A DNA stretch of 64,000 nucleotides, taken from positions 1,550,001 to 1,614,000 of the forward strand of contig CM121341.1 in the NCBI GenBank assembly GCA_051530055.1, given 5' to 3'. Each line of letters starts with the position of its first letter. Position 1 is the first letter of the stretch. This DNA comes from Neoechinorhynchus agilis. Taxonomy: Eukaryota > Animalia > Acanthocephala. Under the pieces are notes generated by a model. That model did no database searches and had not been told where the DNA came from. It saw nothing but the letters and a program-made list of their open reading frames with translations. The position numbers and the translations under genes are program-made. Shown piece after piece: positions 1 to 11,897 of this stretch.

Positions 1-3000
1 CAACAGATATTAAGATGCTGAATTCGATAAAGCGCATTTTGAGACGTTGCTGAAATGAGCGTTTTGACTAATGTTGACATGGAAGAAATCGGCAAATGAA
101 AAGTTGTATAAAGACACGCGTTTTTCTCATAAAAGTGTTCGAAAACAACATTGTCAATACGCCATCAGGAGAAAATCCGTTTGGTGATTGAGTTTCCGCT
201 GTTGTGATAATAATCCAGATTAGAATTTCTTTATTGAATCGAGGCATTTCAATAAAAAAATTTCAATCCTGGATTATGATCGCAACATCTCTGAATTCCC
301 ACAGAATTCAAAAGAAATTAAGATGCTGAATTCGAAAATACGCATCAAGTGACGTTGCTGAAATGGGCGTTTTGACTAATGTTGACATGGAAGAAATCGA
401 CAAATGAAAAGTTGTATAAAGACACGCGTTTTTCTCATAAAAGTGTTCGAAAACAACATTGTCAATATGCCATCAGGAGAAAATCCGTCTGGATGATTGA
501 GTTTTCGCTGATGTGATAATAATCCAGATTAGAATTTCTTTATTGAATCGAGGTATTTCAATAAAAAAATTTCAATCCTGGATTATGATCGCAACATCTC
601 TGAATTCCCACAGAATTCAAAAGAAATTAAGATGCTGAATTCGATAATGCGCATTTAGTGACGTTGCTGAAATGGGCGTTTTGACTAATGTTGACATGGA
701 AACAATCGACAAATGAAAAGTTCTATAAAGACACGCGTTTTTCTCATAAAAGTGTTCGAAAACAACATTGTCAATACGCCATGAGGAGAAAATCCGTTTG
801 GGTGATTGAGTTTTCGCTGTGGTGATAATAATCCAGATTAGAATTTCTTTATTGAATCGAGGTATTTCAATAAAAAAATTTCAATCCTGGATTATGATCG
901 CAACATCTCTGAATTCCCACAGAATTCAAAAGAAATTAAGATGCTGAATTCGAAAATACGCATCAAGTGACGTTGCTGAAATGGGCGTTTTGACTAATGT
1001 TGACATGGAAACAATCGACAAATGAAAAGTTCTATAAAGACACGCGTTTTTCTCATAAAAGTGTTCGAAAACAACATTGTCAATACGCCATCAGGAGAAA
1101 ATCCGTCTGGATGATTGAGTTTTCGCTGTTGTGATAATAATCCAGATTAGAATTTCTTTATTGAATCGAGGTATTTCAATAAAAAAAATTCAATCCTGGA
1201 TTATGATCGCAACATCTCTGAATTCCCACAGAATTCAAAAGAAATTAAGATGCTGAATTCGATAAAGCGCATTTAGTGACGTTGCTGAAATGGGCGTTTT
1301 GACTAATGTTGACATGGAAACAATCGACAAATGAAAAGTTCTATAAAGATACCCGTTTTTCTCATAAAAGTGTTCGAAAATAAGATTGTCAATAAGCCAT
1401 CAGGAGAAAATCCGTCTGGATAATTGAGTTTTCGCTGTTGTGATAATAATCCAGATTAGAATTTCTTTATTGAATCGAGGTATTTCAATAAAAAAAATTT
1501 CAATCCTGGATTATGATCGCAACATCTCTGAATTCCCACAGAATTGAAAAGAAATTAAGATGCTGAATTCGATAATGCGCATTTAGTGACGTTGCTGAAA
1601 TGGGCGTTTTGACTAATGTTGACATGGAAACAATCGACAAATGAAAAGTTCTATAAAGACACGCGTTTTTCTCATAAAAGTGTTCGAAAACAACATTGTC
1701 AATACGCCATCAGGAGAAAATCCGTTTGGGTGATTGAGTTTCCGCTGTTGTGATAATAATCTAGATTAGAATTTCATTGAATCGAGGTATTTCAATAAAA
1801 AAATTTCAATCCTGGATTATGATCGCAACATCTCTGAATTCCCACAGAATTCAAAAGAAATTAAGGTGCTGAATTCGAAAATACGCATCAAGTGACGTTG
1901 CTGAAATGGGCGTTTTGACTAATGTTGACATGTAAGAAATCGACAAATGAAAAGTTGTATAAAGACACGCGTTTTTCTCTTAAAAGTGTTCGAAAACAAC
2001 CTTGTCAACGAGTCATCAGGAGAAAATCCGTCTTGATGATTGAGTTTTCGCTGCGGTGATAATAATCCAGATTAGAATTTCTTTATTGAATCGAGGTATT
2101 TCAATAAAAGAAATTTCGATCCTGGATTATGATTGCAACATCCGCGAATTCCCACAGAATTTAAAAGAAATTAAGATGCTGAATTCGATAAAGCGCATTT
2201 TGTGACGTTGCTGAAATGGGCGTTTTGACTAATGTTGACATGGAAACAATCGACAAATGAAAAGTTCTATAAAGATACCCGTTTTTCTCATAAAAGTGTT
2301 CGAAAATAAGATTGTCAATAAGCCATCAGGAGAAAATCCGTCTGGATAATTGAGTTTTCGCTGTTGTGATAATAATCCAGATTAGAATTTCTTTATTGAA
2401 TCGAGGTATTTCAATAAAAAAAATTTCAATCCTGGATTATGATCGCAACATCTTTGAATTCCCACAGAATTGAAAAGTAATTAAGATGCTGAATTCGATA
2501 ATGCGCATTTAGTGACGTTGCTGAAATGGGCGTTTTGACTAATGTTGACATGGAAACAATCGACAAATGAAAAGTTCTATAAAGACACGCGTTTTTCTCA
2601 TAAAAGTGTTCGAAAACAACATTGTCAATACGCCATCAGGAGAAAATCCGTTTGGGTGATTGAGTTTCCGCTGTTGTGATAATAATCTAGATTAGAATTT
2701 CTTTATTGAATCGAGGTATTTCAATAAAAAAATTTCAATCCTGGATTATGATCGCAACATCTCTGAATTCCCACAGAATTCAAAAGAAATTATGATGCTG
2801 AATTCGAAAATACGCATCAAGTGACGTTGCTGAAATGGGCATTTTGACTAATGTTGACATGGAAGAAATCGACAAATGAAAAGTTCTATAAAGACAAGCG
2901 TTTTTCTCATAAAAGTGTTCGAAAACAACATTGTCAATACGCCATGAGGAGAAAATCCGTTTGGGTGATTGAGTTTTCGCTGCGGTGATAATAATCCAGA

Positions 3001-4582
3001 TTAGAATTTCTTTATTGAATCGAGGTATTTCAATAAAAAAATTTCAATCCTGGATTATGATCGCAACATCTCTGAATTCCCACAGAATTCAAAAGAAATT
3101 AAGATGCTGAATTCGATAAAGCGCATTTTGTGACGTTGCTGAAATGGGCGTTTTGACTAATGTTGACATGGAAGAAATCGACAAATGAAAAGTATAAAGA
3201 CACGCGTTTTTCTCATAAAAGTGTTCGAAAACAACATTGTCAATAAGCAGTCATCAGGAGAAAATCCGTTTGGGTGATTGAGTTTTCGCTGCGGTGATAA
3301 TAATCCAGATTAGAATTTCTTTATTGAATCGAGGTATTTAAATAAAAAAATTTCAATCCTGGATTATGATTGCAACATCCGCGAATTCCCACAGAATTTA
3401 AAAGAAATTAAAATGCTGAATTCGAAAATACGCATCAAGTGACGTTGCTGAAATGAGCGTTTTGACTAATGTTGACATGGAAACAATCGACAAATGAAAA
3501 GATCTATAAAGACACGCGTTTTTCTCATAAAAGTTTTCGAAAACAACCTTGTCAACGAGTCATCAGGATAAAATCCGTCTTGATGATTGAGTTTGCGATG
3601 TGGGGATAATAAACCAAAATAGAATTTCTTTATTGAATCGAGGTATTTCAATAAAAAAATTTCAATCCTGGATTATGATCGCAACATCTTTGAATTCCCA
3701 CAGAATTGAAAAGAAATTAAAATGCTGAATTCGAAAATACGCATCAAGTGACGTTGCTGAAATGAGCGTTTTGACTAATGTTGACATGGAAACAATCGAC
3801 AAATGAAAAGTTGTATAAAGACACGCGTTTTTCTCATAAAAGTTTTCGAAAATAACATTGCCAATAAGCCATCAGGAGAAAATCCGTTTGGGTGATTGAG
3901 TTTCCGCTGTTGTGATAATAATCCAGATTAGAATTTCTTTATTGAATCGAGGTATTTCAATAAAAAAAATTTCAATCCTGGATTATGATCGCAACATCTC
4001 TGAATTCCCACAGAATTCAAAAGAAATTAAGATGCTGAATTCGATAAAGCGCATTTTGTGACGTTGCTGAAATGGGCCTTCTTACTAATGTTGACATGGA
4101 AGAAATCGACAAATGAAAAGTATAAAGACACGCGTTTTTCTCATAAAAGTGTTTCAAAACAACATTGTCAATAAGCCATCAGGCGAAAATCCGTCTTGAT
4201 AATTGAGTTTGTGATGTGGTTATAATAATCCAGATTAGAATTTCTTTATTGAATCGAGGCATTTCAATAAAAGAAATTTCAATCCTGGATTATGATCGCA
4301 ACATCTCTGAATTCCAACAGAGTTCAAAAGATATTAAGATGCTGAATTCGATAAAGCGCATTTTGTGACGTTGCTGAAATGGGCCTTCTTACCAATGTTG
4401 ACATGGAAGAAATCGACAAATGAAAAGTTGTATAAAGACACGCGTTTTTCTCTTAAAAGTGTTCGAAAACAACCTTGTCAACGAGTCATCAGGAGAAAAT
4501 CCGTCTGGATAATTGAGTTTTCGATGTGGTGATAATAATCCAGATTAGAATTTCCTTATTAAATCGAGGTATTTCAATAAAA

Positions 4583-4717
4583 TGTCATATATCATTGTCC
4601 TCGGGGTGTGACAAACTTGCGAAACAATATCGACTGAAGAGGCAAGGAAAACCTTGTGAAATATTTCGAATATAAATGAGTAACGAAAGCACCGGGGGCA
4701 GGATTCGCCAACGCACA
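4583..4717 (+). mobile_element. 135-bp non-coding insertion in the satellite, flanked by a 12-bp target-site duplication and carrying a hammerhead ribozyme (retrozyme/PLE-derived-like)
   Basis: atttcaataaaa occurs at 4571-4582 and 4718-4729, whereas the normal unit has it once at this position. The insert is unrelated to the monomer. Confidence 0.85.
4627..4673 (+). ncRNA. Minimal type I hammerhead ribozyme
   Basis: Stem I ATATCGA(4627-33)/TCGA[A]TAT(4666-73); core CTGAAGA 4634-40 plus one extra G; stem II GCAAGG-AAAA-CCTTGT; GAAA 4658-61; then TA-T-T (AUU triplet, predicted cut after 4665). Confidence 0.8.
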
Positions 4718-7046
4718 ATTTCAATAAAAGATATTTCAATCCTGGATTATGATCGCAACATCTCTGAATTCCAACAGAATTCAAAAGAAATTAAGATGCT
4801 GAATTCGATAATGCGCATTTAGTGACGTTGCTGAAATGGGCGTTTTGACTAATGTTGACATGGAAACAATCGACAAATGAAAAGTTCTATAAAGACACGC
4901 GTTTTTCTCATAAAAGTGTTCGAAAACAACATTGTCAATACGCCATCAGGAGAAAATCCGTTTGGGTGATTGAGTTTCCGCTGTTGTGATAATAATCTAG
5001 ATTAGAATTTCTTTATTGAATCGAGGTATTTCAATAAAAAAATTCAATCCTGGATTATGATCGCAACATCTCTGAATTCCCACAGAATTCAAAAGAAATT
5101 AAGATGCTGAATTCGAAAAAACGCATCAAGTGGCGTTGCTTAAATGGGCGTTTTGACTAATGTTGACATGGAATAAATCCACAAATGAAAAGTTTTATAA
5201 AGACACGCGTTTTTCTCATAAGTGTTCGAAAACAGCATTGTCAATACGCCATCAGGAGAAAATCCGTTTGGGTGATTGAGTTTCCGCTGTTGTGATAATA
5301 ATCTAGATTAGAATTTCTTTATTGAATCGAGGTATTTCAATAAAAAAATTTCAATCCTGGATTATGATCGCAACCTCTCTGAATTCCCACAGAATTCAAA
5401 AGAAATTAAGATGCTGAATTCGAAAAAACGCATCAAGTGGCGTTGCTTAAATGGGCGTTTTGACTAATGTTGACATGGAAACAATCGACAAATGAAAAGT
5501 TCTATAAAGACACGCGTTTTTCTCATAAAAGTTTTCGAAAATAACATTGTCAATAAGCCATCAGAAGAAAATCCGTTTGGGTGATTGAGTTTGCGCTGTT
5601 GTGATAATAATCCAGATTAGAATTTCTTTATTGAATCGAGGTATTTCAATAAAAAAATTCAATCCTGGATTATGATCGCAACATCTCTGAATTCCCACAG
5701 AGTTCAAAAGATATTAAGATGCTGAATTCGAAAATAAGCATTTAGTGACGTTGCTGAAATGGGCGTTTTGACTAATGTTGACATGGAATAAATCGACAAA
5801 TGAAAAGTTTTATAAAGACACGCGTTTTTCTCATAAAAGTTTTCGAAAATAACATTGTCAATAAGCCATCAGGAGAAAATCCGTTTGGGTGATTGAGTTT
5901 GCGCTGGTGTTATAATAATCCAGATTAGAATTTCTTTATTGAATCGAGGTATTTCAATAAAAAAATTCAATCCTGGATTATGATCGCAACATCTCTGAAT
6001 TCCCACAGAATTCAAAAGAAATTAAAATGCTGAATTCGAAAATAAGCATTTAGTGACGTTGCTGAAATGGGCGTTTTGACTAATGTTGACATGGAATAAA
6101 TCGACAAATGAAAAGTTTTATAAAGACACGCGTTTTTCTCTTAAAAGTGTTCGAAAACAACCTGGTCAACGTGTCATCAGGAGAAAATCCGTTTGGGTGA
6201 TTGAGTTTGCGCTGTTGTGATAATAATCCAGATTAGAATTTCTTTATTGAATCGAGGCATTTCAATAAAAGAAATTTCAATCCTGGATTATGATCGCAAC
6301 ACCTCTGAATTCCAACAGAGTTCAAAAGAAATTAAGATGCTGAATTCGAAAATAAGCATTTTGAGACGTTGCTGAAATGAGCGTTTTGACTAATGTTGAC
6401 ATGGAAGAAATCGGCAAATGAAAAGTTGTATAAAGACACGCGTTTTTCTCATAAAAGTGTTCGAAAACAACATTGTCAATACGCCATCAGGATAAAATCC
6501 GTCTTGATGATTGAGTTTTCGCTGCGGTGATAATAATCGAATTAGAATTTCTTTATTGAATCGAGGCATTTCAATAAAGAAATTTCAATCCTGGATTATG
6601 ATTGCAACACCTCTGAATTCCAACAGGTTCAAAAGATATTAAGATGCTGAATTCGATAAAGCGCATTTTGAGACGTTGCTGAAATGAGCGTTTTGACTAA
6701 TGTTGACATGGAATAAATCGACAAATGAAAAGTTTTATAAAAACACGCGTTTTTCTCATAAAAGTGTTCGAAAACAACATTGTCAATAAGCCATCAGGAT
6801 AAAATCCGTCTTGATGATTGAGTTTGCGATGTGGGGATAATAAACCAAAATAGAATTTCTTTATTGAATCGAGGTATTTCAATAAAAAAATTTCAATCCT
6901 GGATTATGATTAATACATGTTGAAGGTTCACCCAGCCATTAAAAGAAAGTGTCGTCACGTGACAATTTCGATACGCGAAAGAAAGTCTGTTTATAAAAAT
7001 GAGTTACACGTGACGCTCTGAGGTTTGTTTATGCGAATGTTTTGAA

Positions 7047-8632
7047 ATGAAGACTGATCAAACGGAAGGTGAGTAAGACAGTTTGTGTGTTTGTTGAATT
7101 TTCGCTCAGGGAACGAATTAGAAGAGGGAGAATTGACTGGTAGCCCCGATATGATGGATTGTGACGACGAACGCGAATTGTTCTCGGCTTCAAGGCCAAC
7201 AAAATACAGAAGAGGATCAAGGCGCAGTGGCGGACGAAGGCACCGAGGTAGTTCCATCAGTACTCGTGCATATAAACAGCATCCTTTTCAGCGACCACCG
7301 GGCAATGTCACCCGTGGTCGTCGTCGTGGACTAGGTAACTCGAGTGGTCCACGATTATTATCATTATCAACGAGACCTACTAGTCTGACTCCTTGCCGGT
7401 TTTACTTAGAAGGACGGTGTAATCGCAAGGACCAGTGTCCATTTAATCATAACATCCGAGTTGAGAAGAAAAAGGAGCTATGTAAATTCTACTTGGCAGG
7501 ATTTTGTTCTAATGGAGCTGCTTGTGTTTATATGCACGGTGATTTTCCTTGTAAATTCTACCATTCCTCTGGATCAGACGGGTCTGCTTGTAAATTCGGA
7601 GATTCATGTCGATTCTCGCATGCTCCAATAACCGATGAATTGGTTTTGGTTGCATTTAAGAGACATTGTACGGGTGGATCGGATTCAGTAGAACCTCCAA
7701 CGAATGATCCACGACTTAATCGATTTTCCCCTTCGTTGCTTCACAATTCTGAATTTACGACAGAGCCTAGGGATGCACGGAAAAGATTTTCAAGCGACGA
7801 CGTTCGTTATAACAGATTTAATACGATGCGTGAGATTAAAGTTAGCAAAGGTGAGAAAGATCCACTGCCATTCAAAGTACAATCATGGGAAGCTTCAAAT
7901 GATAGTAAAAATTCAAAGGGCGTTACAAAATCTCCTTGTCTATGGGAAACATTCGAGAGATCGCGTTCACCAATCATTAAATCCAATGAAGACATTTCAA
8001 ACGACAAAGTTTCGTGCCCGCTTCAACATGAAATTCAGAATGTGGATACTTGCGCAGCTGAAATAGTCAGGAAACGATCTTGGATGATTCCACGGGATGA
8101 TTCAATCGACGATCGACGTTCCAAACATAATTTGGTAGCAAGAGTTGTTGAAGCTAGCGCTTTTTTTGAGAATATTGATACAAAATGTGGAAATAACGAA
8201 GGAGAAGAAGAAGTGGGCAATGAACGAACGGATTTATGGAACCCTGCGCACGTTACTGATACAAGAAAAACCGCCAGCGAATGTTTAATAAAACAAAATG
8301 ATCCAGTTGAAACCAAAATGAGACCTGGTAGATCTTTAGCCGCTAAGCAAACAATGCCTCCTGAGTTCGCTGCAAGTTTGTCGAATTTTCTAGACAAATG
8401 GAAACCCCAACAAGTCCCTTTGATTATTGGAAAACGATTATTTGACACTGTAAATGGCGTCCGACGGCCAGATGGATGGTTCAAAAGTTATTTATGTAAA
8501 GTAAAGATTAACCCGGGTATTGTAAATCCATATGAGAAAATCGCCACTAATCCACAAAGCCGTGATCCGAGATTACGTCCAAAGAACGGTGATCGGCGTA
8601 ATGTCATCTTTTCTCATGTTTTCAAAGAATAA
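7047..8632 (+). CDS. CCCH zinc-finger protein, ZC3H4/ZC3H6/Su(s)-like (2 exons: 7047-7068, 7110-8632)
   Basis: Three tandem CCCH fingers (CRFYLEGRCNRKDQCPFNH etc.), an N-terminal ELEEGEL motif and DPRL motifs. A 41-nt GTGAGT..CTCAG intron joins MKTDQTEG in frame. Confidence 0.85.
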
Positions 8633-8696
8633 ATCAATTTTAATCCTATTCCACATAAACATTTTAATTTTTGTAGATTGAACTATTTTGATGTTT

Positions 8697-8952
8697 GTTT
8701 ATGACAGCTAAAAATTAAAGGAATTTTGGTTAAATTTGATTGGTTTCGGAGCCACAATCTTCCGTCATCCACTCGGACCCAGAGGTACATGGTCCTATTA
8801 AACAAAATAAAACGTGTTGTTGAGAGTTGTTGCTTGTAAGTTTCACAGTTGAAAAAACTTACAAGCAACTTTGATGAACGCATACAAGATTGTGCCTTGG
8901 CGAAAACAATCGGATTTAATCGAAACTCCTTTAATTTTTAGCCGTCATAAAC
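8697..8952. mobile_element. MITE-like fold-back element with ~65-bp imperfect terminal inverted repeats and an internal hairpin
   Basis: gtttatgacagctaaaaattaaagga...ccacaatct (8697-8760) is the reverse complement of agattgtgcc...tcctttaatttttagccgtcataaac (8887-8952). Internal tgcttgtaagttt/aaacttacaagca pair. Confidence 0.7.
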
Positions 8953-9419
8953 ACGCATGAATATTTTTAGCTTTTAAAAAATCAGCAAACTAATAATAAA
9001 AAGTTCTTTTTGAAAAAGTCTGTTGAACGAGAAAAATATGTTTAGAATTCATCAGAGATAAATAATTGACATAAACTGAAGAATATTTCTGATAAGCGTT
9101 GCTTGACCCGTCTAAGTATTACTAATTTATTCCCCTTTAAAACGATTATGATCTTTACTATCGAAGATGATGCCACCTAAGGATTTCAACCTTTATATGC
9201 GCTCGCTCACTTTTACGGGAAAAGGGCTTACATAATAACTGTTTTTAAGTTTAAATCATTAACAAAAATATCTAATTCTCTTGATTAAATCAGTTGTTGT
9301 TTTACTGCAAAAAAACCCAATAATTATTAAAATGCATTAATTGCATGCATTTACGGTTTTCTGTGGCTTTTGAAATCTTGGAGCAAATAGCGTGATAGAC
9401 ATTTATAAAAGTCAATCAC

Positions 9420-11400
9420 TACTTTGGGACAGGCAATTTCATTTGCAAGGCAAACACACGATCCTTTCCGATGTCACGACCCGTTGACGCTGCAATGATA
9501 CAATTTGACGCAACCAGCCACGACAGCCCAATTACGTATTCGAACCAATTAAATACCGAGGAAAAGTTCAATGCTACCGGGACACCAGGCCCCGTTTGTT
9601 TAGACTCTTTTTCAATCACGAAATAGGGGGTTTTGCGCATAAAATGAGCCCGTCAAATCACGTTGTGGTGGATCTGGTCAAATCCCGCGATCGCTTCAAC
9701 CGGCAACACCAGAAAATCCGTCGACGCTCCCCGATGACGCCGACAGTCTTCCTTCCGTTGCAGATCTCGTGCTTGTTCTTCCTAGGAACATTCTGAAACG
9801 GGTCGAAAAAAGGGCGTACGATATCTAGTAACTAAGGGGTTCACCACAGTTCTGCTGGACTGCTTCGAGCAAAATTCAGAGTCCTCCTGGACACGACTCT
9901 TTGCTTTCCCCATACTTGTACTTTCCGCTGGCGACGGTTCAGAGCAGTCGCTCATTGCGGTAATCAAGACGCCTCCTTTCCTCTGAGGAAAGTTTCTTGG
10001 GCATTCGTCGTTTCGCAAAGGAGGATACCAAACAACGTGCGAATGGAACTAACTGCCGTCGAACATCTACGAGACCGCTTACTGAGCGCGTATCTTCAAA
10101 ATTCGCCGATGGAGATTTTTGGGGAGCTGTCCGTATTTTGTCCCCCTCTGATACATTTGCAAGTGATTCGCCTTCCACACTTCAGGGTTTAAAGTTGAAG
10201 CATCCGCAAAGTTCAACCCAAACAGAAATTCCTACATGTTCCGTCCCTCAAATACACTCCACTTCGACAGTTGAACTGAGAATGGCCATATCCTCCTTCG
10301 CCAATGGCTCTGGCGATGACCTCGATGGGCTTCGTTATCAGCACCTAAAGGATATGATGTCGTTCTCAGTTGAAGATGCAGACATCTCCCTCGCTTCCAA
10401 TTTTTGTCGACTAGTCGACTTTTTCATCAAAGCAAATTTACACCCGCGGGCAATTGAGTTATTTTTTGGCGTATCCTTGTGCGCTTTGAACAAAAAGACT
10501 GGTGGGATTCGTCCCATCGCCGTTGGCTCTGCTCTACGTCGGCTCGCATTTAAAATCCTTTGCAAGCGTATTGCAGTAGGGATAGGGCAGCAACTTCGCC
10601 CAGTCCGACTAGGATGCTGCCACTCCGTCAGTTCATCACCAATAGTTCAACGCCGTGTGTTATTTTGAAGTGCGACTTTACAAATGCCTTCAATTCCATT
10701 CACCGTACCGCTCTGTTTGAGGCACTCAAAAGTCACGCATCAGAAGCTTTTCCTTATTTTCTAAACGCATACAGGACCCCGACTCCTTTGCGAGTACAGC
10801 CGGGAGACCCTCTCGGTCCAATCGCTTTCTCCCTTACAGTTAATCCGATAGCGCACTCTCTCCAGTGCAGCTTTAACGCTTGGTACCCGGATAACGCTAC
10901 GCTCGGAGGTGATCCCTCCGTTGTACTGAGCAATCTGGAGACACTCGTAAGGGAGACTGCGAGATTGAGCGTTGAGCTTAATGCAGGGAAATGCAAATTG
11001 TTTGTAATGAACATCGAAGACGAGTCAGCGCAGAGCGAAGTAGTCAAAGGTTTTCGAAATCTGGAACCCGGTTTAGAATTGATAACTCTAGACCGGCTGA
11101 GTCTTCTAAAAAGCTGCGTTTTTGATTCTAATGTGGAAGACTCTTGGTGCGCTCGGTAGCTCGGCACTTAGACTTACGAAGGAGTTATCGTGTAGACTCC
11201 AGGCCAAGAGAGGAAATACAAGAACTGGTGCCTTCCTGCGCCAAAACATTTGTCTCGCGATAGAAAAGAGTAAACGCAGCGAGTGTGGTCGCGACCACTG
11301 AGGGGAGAGCAATGCTTCTTCGTAGACGATGGTGATTGTTTAAACGTTTTGTTGTTGTGTGTTTGTTTCGTTTGATTGTTAAAAATAAACCATAATTCAT
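9420..11400 (+). mobile_element. Degenerate RLE-type (CRE-like) non-LTR retrotransposon, family A, with an internal deletion
   Basis: RT motifs RPIAVGSALRRL, KCDFTNAFNSI, GDPLGP and a decayed YxDD, in shifted frames. The C-terminal tail is near-identical to 48917-49136. The 5' boundary is approximate. Confidence 0.85.
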
Positions 11401-11622
11401 TTTAAAAAAGAAGTGAAATGTTACCAGTCAACTGTTTTTTCTTTCTCCCAAATCTTTGCATTGTGTTCATAAACAAAGTGTAAAACTCTTAGATTGTGTT
11501 AAAAAAATTCTAAGATCTCCAATAAATCAAACCTAAGCAAACACGCTATTTTCTCGGTTAAGAGAGCAAAATCAGTGTATTTTAAGAACATATTTAAGAA
11601 ATGATCAGCGTGGCATTTCTCA

Positions 11623-11897
11623 CTAATAATACGAATCGTAATATCCGTTCCCCCTTCCGGAATGAGTCAACTCATTGTCGTCTTCCCATCGATCCCTTGG
11701 CGCAAAAGTCAACGTTTTTAATGACAAATTTAAGCTTACAAACCTGCTTCTAAAAATCGGACAACATATTGGAAAGCAGAATGGAAATATGCAGCAGCAA
11801 CCCAAACAGCAGTCTTCGTCGGGATCCAAACAAAAGCACTTTTGGACACATCATGAGACAATAAATACAGAAATGAACTTGGAATTGCTCATACCAT
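11623..11897 (-). CDS. Possible small cysteine-rich protein (MCFCLDPDEDCCLGCCCIFPFCFPICCPIF...)
   Basis: Cys-rich hydrophobic ORF. An ATG-only first exon (11897-11895) plus a 56-nt GTATGA..AAAG intron would supply the start. No family recognised. Confidence 0.3.

Larger units (their letters stand above)
1..6910. repeat. Tandem satellite, ~309-bp unit, ~22 copies (runs off the 5' end of the window)
   Basis: The motif aagatgctgaattcga recurs at 12, 320, 629, 938, 1247 (period 308-309). Units differ by scattered substitutions. The array ends mid-unit at ~6910. Confidence 0.97.

Noticed and set aside
3466-6882. 61-aa ORFs at 3466-3651 and 6697-6882 and the 79-aa ORF at 4545-4784
   Set aside because: They are chance frames created by satellite variants and the insertion.
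1-6910. The 309-bp monomer as a hammerhead satellite
   Set aside because: CTGATGA occurs on the minus strand in a few variant units only and is not followed by stem II and GAAA.
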